Positions 8,696 through 21,709 of a stretch of 64,000 bases of DNA are shown here, in pieces. The translations under genes and the position numbers were made by a program. The notes under the pieces are model-generated. The model made no database searches and was not told the origin of the DNA. It worked only from the letters and a program-made list of their open reading frames with translations. Origin of the DNA: a virus; IMG/VR virus record IMGVR_UViG_3300036987_000083, positions 1-64,000 of that record; one strand, 5' to 3'. The first letter of the stretch is position 1. Each line of letters begins with the position of its first letter.

Positions 8696-11336
8696 CCGGC
8701 AAATCAACCTGCCTGTAGAACAACTGCGCAGCCTCGATGCTGCACTTTACAGCAGATTCGAATTGCTTCGATGTCAGCAGGTGTCGCATCTCCAGCGTGT
8801 TACTGCCGTGGTTTAGCGTCATCGCCCCCGCGAGAGAATTCACTAGAATTTCTCGGGCTAGTTGACGTACTTCTTTGCTCAGCCCTTTTTCCCTTTTTAG
8901 CTCCATACACTTCACCTTCGTCCCATTACTACGTTGATGCACGGTGGAATGAAATCGTTGAGTGCCACTTCTTCATCTACGAGGTTTGAGTCTCGCTTCG
9001 AGGCCTGTAGCGCCATGTAAAGTCTCCCACAGGCGTGAGAAACACGCAGCGCTACTTTAGGGGGCACATAAGCCGTCGAGAGCCAGCCCCCGCGCTTGGT
9101 GGTTCGAACGGGGAGTACCTTCTCAATTATGTCGCGAGTATTACGGACCGAGAGCCCACCTAATAGCCAAGCAATGTCCTTGGCTTGCTGTTTCGTCATC
9201 CTAACCGTCACGGTGCTTTTAGCTCGTCCACGCAAGTGAACCTGCTTCTTGTTGGAGGCGCTCATGCTTTCTCTATTACTGCGTCATGCCTTGGATTGTC
9301 AAGCGCAGTGTCCCAGAGAACCGCGCATGTGGGTAGCCGAAATGTGATTTTACCTGTGTTAGCCCCCAGAAAAGCTTGGACCATTCCCGAGGTAATATAG
9401 CCGCTCGGTGGCTCCTGCAACAAGTCTCTGTGGTCACAGGCCGCGCGCATACTGAGGGGCTCCAAGTCTTCGTGATCAGTAGCTGCCGCTAGGGCCTTCA
9501 GTGCTCGTTGTGTCAGACAAACTCGGTCCATCCGCTATTCGTAGTACCTGGAGCTGCTGTAGTCGGTCAAGCAACGCTTGGGGCGCTACTTGAGTCCCTT
9601 CAGGACGTAGTCCGGGTCTTTGCCTTGTTCGATGAGGGCTAGGGCTACTGCTTCGTAATACTTCGGTCTAAACGGTAGCTTGCTCTTTATTGTGAGTGTT
9701 GCGGTGAGTACCGCAATGGCGACGCTGAGGTTTTTTGAATCCGCAACCAAGCGCGGTTTCAACCACTTATTCACCAAGCCGGGGTTCTGGATGTTGGCAT
9801 GTACGAAGTCAAAAATTTTTGAGATTCCTACCATAACATCTTGCATGCGTCCTTTATAACACCCTGGTGCGTAGGACGGCGAAGTAGTTGCTTGCTGGAG
9901 CTTGGCAGCTTGTCTTGGGGCGCCACTGTGGTGCCAAGCCCCTGCTTACTTAGTTAGCGCCACAGTCAGCGCCGCTACGGGCAGGCTTCTCATCATGTCC
10001 GCCTTGGCGCAGGAGGCGCACTCGGGGAGCCCGGCGCGCTCAGGACGGGTATTACAGTTGCCGTGAGCCGCTCGGTGGGAGCCCTCGATGAGGCGGGCGC
10101 AGTGCTCTCTAGCGCGGAGGGCCACTGCGTCCCTGTCCTTGGCCAGCTTTAGCACTTCCAGAAGCGCGTCGCGTTCCCATCCAGAGTCAAAGTTGTCGAC
10201 TAGTCTTTCGATCTTTTCAATTGCTGTCATGGGGTCCTCCCGGACTCCGTTCTGACTTGCAGGTTCACGCTGTCCTCCTGGCGGCGCAACGGTCTTCCAA
10301 GGTGTAGCACCATTTGCAATTGTACCAAGGCTTACACAGGCGTCCGCTGATGACAGCGACGATGTTTCTTCCGACGACTCGCTCCTTGTGCGCGAGTTGC
10401 ACTGCCTTGGCTTTGTACTTGCCATTTATTCGCCAAAACTCAACCACAGTCAGCGCCGCCGTCTTAGCGCCCATTGTGCTTCCTCCAATCGGGTAACACG
10501 CAGCAATAGCTAAATTCTTTCGTCATTTTGTCTTCAGGGCCGCCCGGAGGTGTGTAGCCCACCAACGTGCGCGGCTGACAAATGAAGGCGATTGGCAGGC
10601 ACTTGCGAAGTCCCCGTGGAAAGGGACGTGCTGCCCGCCTTTTCCACGGGAGTCCGCGTAAGCGACTGTACGCTCAAATTCGTCAGTAATTGATTCCAAT
10701 GCGTGCTCCAGGGTTGCAATGCGCTTGGATCGATTCTCTGCAATCCTCTGCCACTCCGGCCACTCGCATGTCGCCGTAGGGTGGTACTCCATCCCCTTGT
10801 GGAACTTGTCGGGGCAGTCAGCAATTTGCCTTCCAGGCCAAATGCCTCCCCCGCACGTCGGGCACAGCGCTTCTCCCTTGCCGCTCATGGCTTGGCCTTT
10901 GTGCGTGGGGGTGTTTCCGGCATCTCGGTGTTGTTCACAATCCCACCTCCTTCGGGTGAAGGTCGCAGTTACCGTCCCTGTCGTAGTCGCGCTCGCAGCA
11001 CTGTCCGGTGGCTTTTACAATAGCAGTCTGCACTGCTCGTTCCCAGGGCAGGTTGCGAGACGGGGGTTCGTTTTGCGCCCATGCGCGCGCCTCGCGCAGG
11101 GCTGCGAGCATGTCTTCGGCAGCGCCTTCCAGCCTCCCTTGCTTGTTTGCGTCGTCCCACTCTCGCGCCCACGCTGCGCGTCGAGCCTCTGCTGCTGCTT
11201 CCACGCGAACGGGATCATGCAGCGTGCAGTAGTCCCGACCCCCTCGATTGATTTTGGCGGTATGCGCACACTGCCGAGAGTGCATGGTTCCGCTCGAAAA
11301 GACTCGTTCGCAGCACCGTTTGACCTCTTTATTCAT
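8643..11336 (-). CDS. Run of hypothetical genes (8643-8906, 8912-9265, 9262-9531, 9586-9846, 9946-10230, 10265-10474, 10523-10888, 10935-11336)
   Basis: Co-oriented, closely packed ORFs with RBS or leaderless starts. Confidence 0.55.
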
Positions 11337-11709
11337 GGAGTGTCTTGTCACCTTTCCGACGGTCAATGCATTCAATCCACTGTACGAGTACCGCAGCGGT
11401 TTGAAGGAGTTCCTTGCGGAGGTTGGCTTCCTCGCCTAGCGCTGCCGCTTCTATAGACTCTGCGAACTCTTCGAGGGCGATGTCGGCAAAGGCTACAGTC
11501 TTGCGTCTCATGTGGAAATTGCACTGTTGCTGCGCCTCGCGCGCACTTGCAACGCCCATCCGTCTTGCGATGTCTTCTGCCCGTTTTGGGCTGGTGCATG
11601 TCAGCCCATACTCGGAAGAGACATCGGGGAGGTTCTGCTCCCCCCATTTGGCGTGTTGCCGGACACGCTCGGCGTACACCTCCTCCAAGACTTTTTGTGT
11701 GGGTTTCAT
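11329..11709 (-). CDS. MazG-like all-alpha NTP pyrophosphatase
   Basis: ER.RQ..KWG, LEEFAE..EA, LRKELLQTAAV..WIE.ID (ExxE...ExxQ pattern). Confidence 0.6.
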   Translation of the reverse strand: MKPTQKVLEEVYAERVRQHAKWGEQNLPDVSSEYGLTCTSPKRAEDIARRMGVASAREAQQQCNFHMRRKTVAFADIALEEFAESIEAAALGEEANLRKELLQTAAVLVQWIECIDRRKGDKTLHE

Positions 11710-14363
11710 GCGTCTTCCGTTAACGCAGTGCAGAGGGCGTGCAACGCGTGGCGCTCGCGAAAATCGATGGAGTCGAAACCCTGTCCGCGAGTCAGCAAGT
11801 AGTCTCGCGCGGATACCAGCGCCTCTTTTAGTTTCGCGGCACGAGCTTCGGCTCGCGCTGCTCGCTCGTAATCCCTTTTTTGAAGTGTGTGGATTTGCTC
11901 GTAGGTGCCAACCCACGTTTCTACCTCATCACGCAGCTCTGCTACCTCATCACGCAGCTCTGCCACGGTGGCTTCGGCTTTGTCTCTTTGTTCGATGATG
12001 GTGCCAAGGTTTTTACGTGTATCCTCATAGGGGGTGGCTTCGAACCCTGCGGTGTTCAGGGCCGCCACCAATGGGTAGAGATGCTCGCTAAAATTGAATC
12101 CCTGCATTCCGACCATCGAATTGCGAATGTCATTTACCTTGCGGCCAAGCTCCTCCAGTTCCACGATGCGGGTGTGGAGGGCAGACACCTTTTCGCAGCA
12201 GAAAGCGCAATCACTCGTTTCACAGTCGGGACAGCGCTTCATGCTTCCTCCTTGTTCCGAGTGGTGTAGCGCAGACGACAGCCTGTCGCCGCGCTACGTC
12301 ACCATGCGTGCGGAGGCGCTCCGGGACGCAGACCGCGCAGCCGCAGTGCCAGGCTGCCGAGGCGTGCAGGTAGCGGGCAAGCGTGTGGCGCTCGGCGCTC
12401 GCTTGCGAGCGTTCTGCCTTGCGGTGGTTACTGGTGCGGAAGAGGTCGTCCGTGGCATTCACCAGCCAGAGCGGATCGACGAGGAACACGCAAATGGTGA
12501 TGAAAAGCGGCACCATGCACGCGACTAGTAGAGCGAGCCACATTACGTCTTTTCCTCAGCCGCGAGGGCGGCGCGAGCCTTCTCCCATGCTCCCGGAGGC
12601 GGCATGCCGTCCACGAGACACGCTTCTGGCATTAATCCTCGCAGCGCCTCCTCCAACTCCTTTACGCGTGCCACAAGAATGGCCTCTGGGCCTCTGAGCT
12701 TGTCAATAGCCGCTAATACCCTGTTGTAAGCCCAAGTCTTCAGCGCGGGCCGCCCTAAGATAGTTACATGCAAGAGCATGCTGATTGTGAAACCAACTAC
12801 ACGCTCAGGAGTGAGTCCTGGCATACTCAAGACTCGTTGATCAGTTTTGTCCGTGATTGAGATGTAATACTCTTCAAGCTCATTACATCTGATTTCATAC
12901 TTACAGTAGTTATCTTCGTGGATGATCATTTGAACAAAGCCCTCATTGTAAGGTTCGCGGTGGTGTGAATCACGGGCCATCCTTCGCCGCGAGGGCAGCT
13001 CGGGCTGCCTCGCACTCTGGTTCGTGTCCTCGATGGGAGCACTGTCCTGCGCATTGGCCAGCGGTGCGCTTGCCGATGGTTTGTGAGTGCAAAATCGGCA
13101 TGAGTCCCCGCAGTGCCTGCTCTAGTTCCGCGATGCGCACCTTGTCGAGTTCATTCTCGGCCTTGGCGCACAAGCCCTCCTCGGTAATTCGATTGTCGTC
13201 CGTAGGCGGCTCGCATTCTAAGACGTTATTACCTGCACGGAGGCGTTCGACCGCGCAGCCATGGTCAGGGCCGCAATACTCCGACGCCAGCTTGGCGACG
13301 TGGGCCCGGAGTCGTACTACCTCTTGTTGCGCGGCGGTGAGCGCCGCCCACGTCTTGCTGCGTGCCGCCTGGGCCTCTCCCGTGCGACGCGCGTACAGTC
13401 CGGCTTCATGCGCAGCGCTGTCAGCCAGTTCGCGTAGCGTCTCGCAGCGGGCCAGCGCTGCGTCGCGCTCGCGCGTCACGCGCTCCAGAGTTTCGGCGTC
13501 TCGGATGCGAATAGACTCTGCCAGTCCGCGACCGCACACTGGGCAGACCGCCATGTCCATGCACTCGTGAATCATTTTCCAGCTCCCGTCACGAGGGGCG
13601 TGGCCCGGACAAGCCGCGCCGCTTGCTCGGTGCGTTGCCCTAAGTGCGACTCCCCCGCACCCATACGGACCATCTCCGCAAGTCGGTCACACGCCTCCGC
13701 GCACTTCTCGCGCTGCCTCTCGGCCACGCCGTCGAGCGCCGCCAGCGCCTCGTCGCGCTCACGCATCGCCGCCGCTAGTCGATGCACAGCCACGTTCGGG
13801 TTGTCGACGAGCAACGCCAGCGCCGTGTCGCGCTCCTTCGTCACGCGCTCGGCGTCGGCCCGCGCCTCGTCGCGCTCCTTTTCGGCCTTCTCGATGTCGT
13901 ACAGGTAGTCCTTCTCGCGGTCGAGGAGTTGATCCCGCAGTCGCACAGCCTCGTCGCGCTCGGCCCGCGCCTCGTCGCGCTCCTTTTCGGCCTTCTCCAG
14001 CGTCTTGAGGCTCGTGGCATTAGCGCGCTCTACCTGAGCGCAAAAGTCGCGCCACTCGTCGCGCTCGCGGATTGCCGCTGCTACCTGTCGCGCAGCCGCG
14101 CTAGGGCTATCTGCTGCCAGCGCGAGGGCGTTATCGCGTTCCCTCGTTCGTGTGGCGAGTTGCAGGTTGACCGCTGGCAGCTCGTTAACCACGAGCCAGT
14201 CTACTTTAGCCTGCGCCTCGTCCCGTTGCTTTTCGGCATGTTCCAGGGCCGCAACAGTGGCGAAGAAACGGTCATCATCAAGGGGGCACTTGGTCGCAGG
14301 CGCGCCGTGGTACGCAACGAGTTTCTGCGCCTCCTCTAGCGTGTAGGGCTTCCCGTAGCTCAT
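11706..14363 (-). CDS. Coiled-coil, Ead/Ea22-like genes (11706-12242, 12220-12543, 12543-12929, 12970-13575, 13572-14363)
   Basis: Heptad repeats (AELRDEV x2 from a 21-bp tandem duplication at about 11921-11962; EKAEKERDEARA x2); RAALAA.E termini. Confidence 0.55.
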
Positions 14364-14487
14364 TGCGAACCTCTACACCAAGTAGCTTGTGATTGTCAAG
14401 CGTTCCTGAATTGAGTAGGCACCTCCAGTGAAAGCCGGTACTTGTTGTCGTCCTCCCCTTCATGCTGAGGGGACGTTTTTGTGGTTG

Positions 14488-15105
14488 CTACTGGACACCC
14501 TTGGCCGGGCGGAACCACTCTGAGACGCAGGTATCTTCGCAAGGGACGGCTTCGGCTTTTAGGAGGTTACCCACGGTGAGTTCCCCGCACCAGCAGCAGG
14601 CAAAGCACACATCCATTCTGTCGTGGAGTACTTCCGCAACACCTTCCGCACAGCCATCACAAATGTAATGCCAGAGGAGCGCCATGCGCCTAGCGTACTA
14701 GTCGTCTTTGCTCTCTTCAATTTGCATTTCTCGGCGGCGTATAGCTCTCTCGGCTTCGCGCACTTGATCCTCGAAACTTGCGATTGACCTGGCATCTGTA
14801 GCCATTGACAGGTCTGGGGGTCTTGGGGCCTCTACTGCCGGTGCTGGTTCTGCGTACACTACGGGAGTCCGCACATCCAAGCGCAGGTCTTCATCTAGTG
14901 GAAGAATGGTCCCCTGGCCGGGTCCCGTTACCAGCGCGATATTGTACATGTCGATGTAGCCGCGACGAATGCAGTCAAAACCTGCGGCCTCCAGCTTTGA
15001 GCGGATCTCCTCATATGCGTCCGCGCTTATTTCCAGGAAGCTAAGCAACTCGGGGTAGGTCTCTCGGCCTACTTTCGTTTTCTTTTTGGTGGATTTAGGG
15101 GCCAC
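14488..15105 (-). CDS. Two hypothetical genes (14488-14685, 14698-15105)
   Basis: RBS-preceded ORFs. Confidence 0.5.
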
Positions 15106-15132
15106 GGGGTACCTCTGCTTATGGGGCTATCA

Positions 15133-15588
15133 TCACTTCTCTGATAGCGTGGAGCGAGCCCAAGCCTCTAGAGTTGGGTGGTTCTCCGCCAGTCCATGCG
15201 TCGTCGGGCACTCGATAAAGCAGACGCCAGGCTCCTGTCCACTCGTAACTCGACCGGGAAATAATCGGGGCTCATCATCCAGCACACAAATAGAGGTGGG
15301 CTTGTGCGCTTCAACCCAAGCCTCGATGGATTCCCAACGAGACATTATCTCTACGGGAGTGACACCAAGGTATCGCGACATTAAATTCGGACGGCCTCGA
15401 AAGAGCATCTCCCCGATGTCTTCTGCTCCGTGGATTTGTCTCCACGAGGAGTGCACGATGACATTCACCGCAGGGTATTGCTCCAAGAACGAGTGAATCA
15501 GCGGCATCTTGCCGAAGAGCGCTTCGCCTCTAGATCCAAACGGGTGTAAGACGCCATCGAAGTCCAACGATAAAACATACTTAGGCAT
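15133..15588 (-). CDS. HAD-superfamily phosphatase, RNA-repair (Swiss-army-knife) type
   Basis: LDFDGVLH motif I, VHSSWR motif II, VLDD motif IV. Confidence 0.8.
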   Translation of the reverse strand: MPKYVLSLDFDGVLHPFGSRGEALFGKMPLIHSFLEQYPAVNVIVHSSWRQIHGAEDIGEMLFRGRPNLMSRYLGVTPVEIMSRWESIEAWVEAHKPTSICVLDDEPRLFPGRVTSGQEPGVCFIECPTTHGLAENHPTLEAWARSTLSEK

Positions 15589-15679
15589 ATAGGGGCCTTG
15601 TGGCGACCATGTGGTCGCTGCGCGGGGATTCATGGGGCCTGTGTAGCCCGCGCGTGTTTTTGGAGCAAGGTCCGGGTTT

Positions 15680-17135
15680 TTACAGCTTCACGTTGAACAT
15701 GGCTAGCTCTGCGGTGTTACCGGCGGGGTCGTAGTGCGCTTGAATGTTTGGCCCACCATCAAGGGTCTCCGGGTCGAATGCTGAGACTTGGATTCCTTTG
15801 GCCATCAAGAGCTTGAGTAGTCTTTTGGCTTCGTGGACTAATTCTTCAGGCTGAGCGTGCATGTGCACATAAGCGGAGCACATGTCGGAGGCTCCACCGT
15901 CCCCAGCGTCACAGACGTTGAAGCCATTGGCGCGTAGCCACTTAACGGTCTGAGTGATGCCCGAACTAAATTCCTGCTTCCTCTCTTTCTTCGGGTCCTT
16001 CAACTTTTTGCCCCTCCCTTGTGCCTTGGGTTCCGGAAGCACGTGATTCGAAGCCTCCTCTCGTTGCTGAACTTCCGCCACGGCCATGCCGTGTCCGAAG
16101 AAAGTAACGGACACTACTACTGCATCAAACTGAAACGCACGGCTTGCTTTGGGCCTGGATTCGTACTTGGCGTCCCCAATCAGGAATACTCGGTCACCTA
16201 CTCGCGGGGGCATGATCCAGTCTGTGGTGTCCATCTTAGCGTCAAGCGTTCTCTCGTGAAAAACGACTCTCACGGTGACTCCCTTCCGTGTTTTTCGAAG
16301 CAATCAGGGGAGACACAGTTGCCTAGCGGGTCCACTTGGCAGTAACCGCAGCCCTCACATATAGCATAGGCGTAGAGCCCTTGGGCTGCTTTGTCTTCTG
16401 GGGTTAGTCCCGAGAGGTCGCCACCTTCGCTGCGGACCGTTGCTTCGGAAGGCGAAGGTTGCTTGGTTGCCTCGCTGGTCGGTAAACCAAAGTGCTTCAC
16501 CGCGCATTGGTTGCAGAAATCCGCCATTGTTGTGCTTTCTCGCGTGTCTTGGGTCTTGTGGCCTATGGGAGTTGCGACAGCGCCTTCGGCTTGTGTTTGG
16601 GCCATAGCTGGCGGTAAAGGGCTGCGGCGAAGTGGTTGCAGTTGCTTTCATGAATGCGCTCGCTGCAATGCGGACAATCCGACGCGCCAAGTTCAATAAG
16701 GGCTAGTGTGAGGTTTTGCTCCACTTGCCCGTCTACCGCGCGAAGCATGCGGGCCACCGTTTCCGGGCGGTACCCCGCCTCAAGCAGCATGTCAGCGACG
16801 ACGGCAGAGTTAGGTTCCCCCATGAATTGGCCTGGCTAGAAGTCGTCGTACTTCAGGATGGGCTTGTCCAGCGCTTTGAGCATTCTCTTAAGGGTTGCCC
16901 GAAGCTCTGTCTTATTTTCTCCCCAGACACCCACAGGGCTCTCTGTAATTGAGCCCGGCTTTGTCTTGGACTTCTTGGACTCGTAATGAGCTTCGTGAAT
17001 GGCCAGCGAAAACCCGGAAAGGCTCTCGGAGCGCTGGACCCTGTGGCGAACCACACGATGATTCCAGAAATGCGGTGGGGTTTTCTTGCTAGCGCGCTTG
17101 GCCATTGCTCGCCTTGTCTGGGTTTTGGTACTCAT
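15680..17135 (-). CDS. Hypothetical genes (15680-16303, 16270-about 16605, 16563-16823, 16836-17135)
   Basis: Packed ORFs; 16836-17135 has WNHRVVR...IHE.HY...DKPIL, seen in many phage hypotheticals. Confidence 0.55.
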
Positions 17136-17305
17136 CCTTAAGCGCTTGGATGGCCTCTAGGCTGAGTTGTCTACAACACCCGTCGCAGCCGTGCTTCCCC
17201 ATGTTCTCCGGGTGTCCTATGCCGTGAGGGCAGTGCAGCTCGAATTGCCGAGTATCCGCCCGAAATCGAACACTCCAATCTTTTTGGTTAGTCACGCGAG
17301 GCCCC

Positions 17306-17794
17306 CTAGTTATCCCGCAGCCAGTCGCATAACCGCTGCAACTGGACTTTGGTGATTGTGTAGCGGTGCATCTTATGCACGCCTTGTCCGTGTGAGGTCC
17401 GAACCCACTTCTGGCCCAGGGCTCTTTTGGCACGCTTGAACATTGTTTCGTAGTAGCCGGTCTCTTTTGCGGCCCTATACAGAGAGTATACTTCCGTACG
17501 TGTGGTGAGCCCCAGGGCCTTAATTTTGGTCGAGACCGACTGGGGGTGTCGTCCAAGCTTGAGTGCGATTTCCTTATGGCCAAATCGTTCCACCAAGTCA
17601 AACAGCTCACTTACTTCCTTCTTGGTCCACCGTCGGTGTTTCCCGTTGTACATTGGGAGCCCCGCCCGCTTGAGGAATCCGCTGACCGAAGAACGCTCTC
17701 GGCCCAAGTGCCTCGCTAGATCCGAGCGAGCCACTGTGGCACTGTTTTCCTCTAAATACTTGATGTCTTCTGCCGTAAACTTTCTGGCAGTCAT
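17306..17794 (-). CDS. Tandem Myb/homeodomain-like HTH protein
   Basis: Two repeats: FTAEDIKYL...LARHLGRERSSV and WTKKEVSEL...IALKLGRHPQSV. Confidence 0.7.
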   Translation of the reverse strand: MTARKFTAEDIKYLEENSATVARSDLARHLGRERSSVSGFLKRAGLPMYNGKHRRWTKKEVSELFDLVERFGHKEIALKLGRHPQSVSTKIKALGLTTRTEVYSLYRAAKETGYYETMFKRAKRALGQKWVRTSHGQGVHKMHRYTITKVQLQRLCDWLRDN

Positions 17795-20700
17795 TTACGG
17801 CCTCGTCGCGGGCGCAGCGCTGCTGCGGCTATGTCGCCCTCTACATGTCCGCAGCCAGCGCCTTGGATTAGAATGTCTCGAAGTGCTTTTCGCAGCCGCC
17901 GCACTTCCGTGTGGAGCTTGCTAGCCTTGACAGCGTTTACCATGCGTACCGTTCTCGACTCATACCGCTTGAGCGGAGGATCAAAGGAAAAATCCCAACC
18001 TCCCCATTTGTCCTGATAAAGCCAGACCTCCTCGGGTTTACTCTTTACGCGTTTCATTCAGGCTCCGTGGACTCGCAGGGCTCCATCACTCTCCACGCTC
18101 ATACACCCTCTTGCCTATGATTGTCAAGTTCGGCCACGTGGTCGTCAATAAGGGACTCGGCGGCCGGTCGGGGGCACGCCGGTAGGCGTGGGCTTGGGGG
18201 TTAGGGTTGCCCTGTTCGGGATTGGATGGAGTCCCAATGCATCGAGTGCGGCCTTGATGCTGCAGTTGTGGTCGTGCGGCTCAAATGGGCTCTTTCGGCA
18301 GTCCTGGCAGGCCCTGGCCTCACCCGCAAGCCTATATCCGTTTATTGTGAGGGGTTCTGTGAGTTGAGAGCGGGCGGCATCGACTAGCCGCCGGGTCGCT
18401 TCTCTGCGTGCCGGGTCTACTGCATACAACATTTCTTCCACTTCTTCCGGCGAGTATCCCGCCTCCAATAAGGCGTCTCTTACGTTCCTTGGATCTGCTG
18501 CTCTCATTTGTTTTCCAACACCCAGAGCCGCCCTCTAAGTGTCAGTACGCCCCCTTCGTGCGTCTCTTCTCGTATGAGGGCACCACTCTTCAGGGCTTCA
18601 CGCCCGAGTGCGTTGGCGATGCGGAACCACGTGTTTGCGATGATTCGTGATTGATTCTCTGAGGCGTACAGTAGGAGCGCGTCATCCGGCCACCGTTCCA
18701 CGGCGGAGATATAGTGGCCCTGTGCCGCCAAAAGCATGCGTTCCACTGTGGCGAGGGGATAGCCAGCTTCGAGTAGCGCATCCCGCACGTTTCGGGGATC
18801 AGGGGCGAGTTGGATTGTCATCGCCCCACCACCTGAATCTTCTCGATGGCCTCATCAAACGCTACCTCAAGCCTCTCCCTGATGAAGGTCGCGCAGGGTC
18901 CGCAGTAACCGATACCGGGCCCGGAATACGTTGCCCGTAATTCCCGAGGGAAAACGTCTCTTGCCCAGAGGTAATGCTGCGCGTCTACGTGCTCTTTCCC
19001 ACAGCAATCACAGTTGTACCAAGACTCTTGATGCGCTGGGCACTTTATGATTTTCGCGGCCAGGTGGCCATCGTGTAGATTGGAGTGACGAAACCGTTTA
19101 GGGATCCTAGCCGCGCCGCAGCCAGCGCAGATGGTGCCAACCCCTTCGCACTTAGGACACTTGTAGTAACCCACACACTCCCCTTAACTTACGTTGGGCG
19201 CGATTGTCAAGGAGCGTCCATGTGGTCGCTTAAGTCTCGGCGGTAGCCGGGCAAGGCGGCACCGTGCTGCTGTTGGTGGTCAAGCTGCTGGTTTGGCCTT
19301 GTCGTTGCGAACGCTGTAGTAGGTGCCGAGGAATCCACCAAGCAGTGCTGCAATGAGCAGTGTGTTGTCCCCAACGTAGCTAATGGTGCTGTTGGCGAAT
19401 AGACCCAGTACCGCCATGCTCCAAAGACCCGCGCGGAAGGGACGGCGTGCCGTTACGCTGAGGAAGTAGTAGACGTAGCAGACATCGGCCAGTCCAACAG
19501 AGACCATTACCATCAGGAATTTCAGCGCGTAGGGCATTCCCGTTTGTATACTGAAACTACGGGACAAGCCACGACCTTGCGGTTGCTCTAGTTTTTATTG
19601 GGGTAGCAAGTCCTAATTTCCCGGTTCAACCCTAGCGACAGAAAAGCCAATGGCTCCACAGGTTCGGCTCAGGTGCACTACCTCGTCGAGGTACCCAGAT
19701 TTGAGTTCTTCCAAGTGCTGCGCGCAGGCGTGGGTGTAGCACTCGTACCGGGCCACTCCGTCAAACAAGTCGTAGGCGTCTAGCAGCCCTGTGGGCTGTC
19801 CGTGGTACCAAATCTCGTAGACAGCATCGAACAGACACCCAATCGCGCAGCACTGGAGTGCTTCTTTTGGCACGACCGCCTCCTGCTATGGGGACCGCTT
19901 GACGACCATGTGGTCGCTAGGTGTGCGCGGCCTGCTTCCAACGGGCCAAGTCTCTCCGGTACCCCCTGGGCAACACTCGTCGCACCAGTGGTTTGGTTCC
20001 CTATGGTCATCAAGAAGCCCGCACTGTCCTCCTGTAATAGGCCCACGAGCCCGGCAGTACCGCGCTGGAGCGACGGGAGTCCTGACTCGCTTCGGCGGCA
20101 ACCTGAACCACGAGAGAAATCGTTGGAGCACTAAGGACTCGGTTCCTTCTTCAGGGCTTGGGCAAGGGCGCGACCCATGGCGGCGGTTGCTTGTTCTCGT
20201 GCCTCCGAGAAGTAGGGGTTTGTTTGCATCTCGCATTCCTTGGGTGAGGCACAAGGACATGTACCCTCTTCAGAGCCGCCCATGCACGTCATCCTGCATT
20301 GGGCGGCGAATTTGGCTCGAAGCGGTCGTGGAATCATGGTCGGCCCAAGGAGAGAGTGACGTTGTGGAAGTTGGCGGCGTTAGTGTTGATGATGCCCTTT
20401 GGGAGGTTCTTTTTGAAGAACTTCTCGGCCATGCGGGAGTCGCTGACCTGACTGGTCATATCCCAGAACATTACAAGCCGCCCGGGACCCGTCTTCTCTG
20501 TGCGTAGTCTCGCCCAGAAGAGGGACAGCACGACCGGCATGATGTCTTTGTTGATGCGGAACTGCCCCACCTGCTGGTAGTGCCCGCGCGTGACCTGCTC
20601 CCAGTGAACGAACTTGCGCTGGTTGCGGGGATCCGGAAGACGCCACGTATTTTCGATGGCCCAATCCGCCCAGAGGTTTTGAGTCTCATTGGCGTTCGCT

Positions 20701-21023
20701 TCCACGATGGCGTAGGTCTCCTTGAAGCGCTCGGCTACCCACACGTCATGGTCGTCTTGGTCCTTCTGTTTCTGCGCACGGTACGTCGCCTCCGCATCGA
20801 TGGCGGACAGCGAAGAAAAAGACCCAGCAGCGTTCCTTTTCTTCATGAGTCTCTTTTCCATCTTGCTTTGAGTGTCGTTGACGACACTCTTCAGCAATTC
20901 CTCGCTCCAATGCGTGCCAGGCAGCGTGGAGTCTCGGCATAGGTCCCCCTCCATTGCCACGACGAAGCCATTGACCGAGAGGTAATGCCTACCGCACGCA
21001 AACCCTGTATCTATCTTGTTCAC
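17791..21023 (-). CDS. Hypothetical genes (17791-18057, 18145-18507, 18504-18821, 18818-19174, 19280-19567 membrane protein, 19613-19873, 20131-20337, 20334-21023)
   Basis: Coupled ORFs with ATGA overlaps; 19280-19567 has three hydrophobic segments. Confidence 0.55.
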
Positions 21024-21518
21024 TTAGGCTTTCTCCATGAACTCCAGTAAGTCCTGCGGTGAGGTGTTCATCGGGACAAGCGTCTCAGCGCCCGGGTACT
21101 CCACCTGCTGCATTGCCACCACTACAGCTTCTGAACAGAAGACGGAGCCCGGCGTGTTCCAAGGGTTATTCCACTTCCTCTTAAGCCAGCGGCCCAGAAG
21201 AATAGGTCCGTTGCCCAATAAGCCTGTGTAGTCGAAAGTCGTGCCAAGGTAAGTCAACGCCACATATTTAAGGCCTTCTTCCAGGGGCACCTTCGGTACA
21301 CAAGTTCTTACGAGGGTGTTCTTTTTCAGGAAGTTCGACAGTGGGATTTCGCGAAAGCCCACGTCACTGGCCTCTAGGACCATGTCCACGCCCCAGTCTT
21401 GGTCGAAGTAAATAAATATCGCGTGGCTGCACTCGCTCCTGGTGAGCCAGCGCACCAGGCGAGAGACGAGGCTGTTGGTGTCAGTGGTGAATCCAATGCG
21501 GATGTTGAGGTTTGTCAT
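21024..21518 (-). CDS. Permuted papain-like (YiiX/YaeF-type NlpC/P60) hydrolase
   Basis: S.L.RW.T.S..SHA (His), FDY, FCSE (Cys) in circularly permuted order. Confidence 0.7.
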   Translation of the reverse strand: MTNLNIRIGFTTDTNSLVSRLVRWLTRSECSHAIFIYFDQDWGVDMVLEASDVGFREIPLSNFLKKNTLVRTCVPKVPLEEGLKYVALTYLGTTFDYTGLLGNGPILLGRWLKRKWNNPWNTPGSVFCSEAVVVAMQQVEYPGAETLVPMNTSPQDLLEFMEKA

Positions 21519-21709
21519 GGCCTCACACTAGCCAAGACGCGCATCCAGAGCCACCCATGACGGCCGCCAGAGAAACAAAAGGCCTCTCCTTCCCACATCT
21601 TGTGCCCACTATACAAAGATACCCCACGGGCTTGCCGGGCTTCGTCTGCAGGAACAGCTAGGTCCTACGCAGACGACACTTCAATTCGCTCATAGAGTTC
21701 TCAGTGGGG

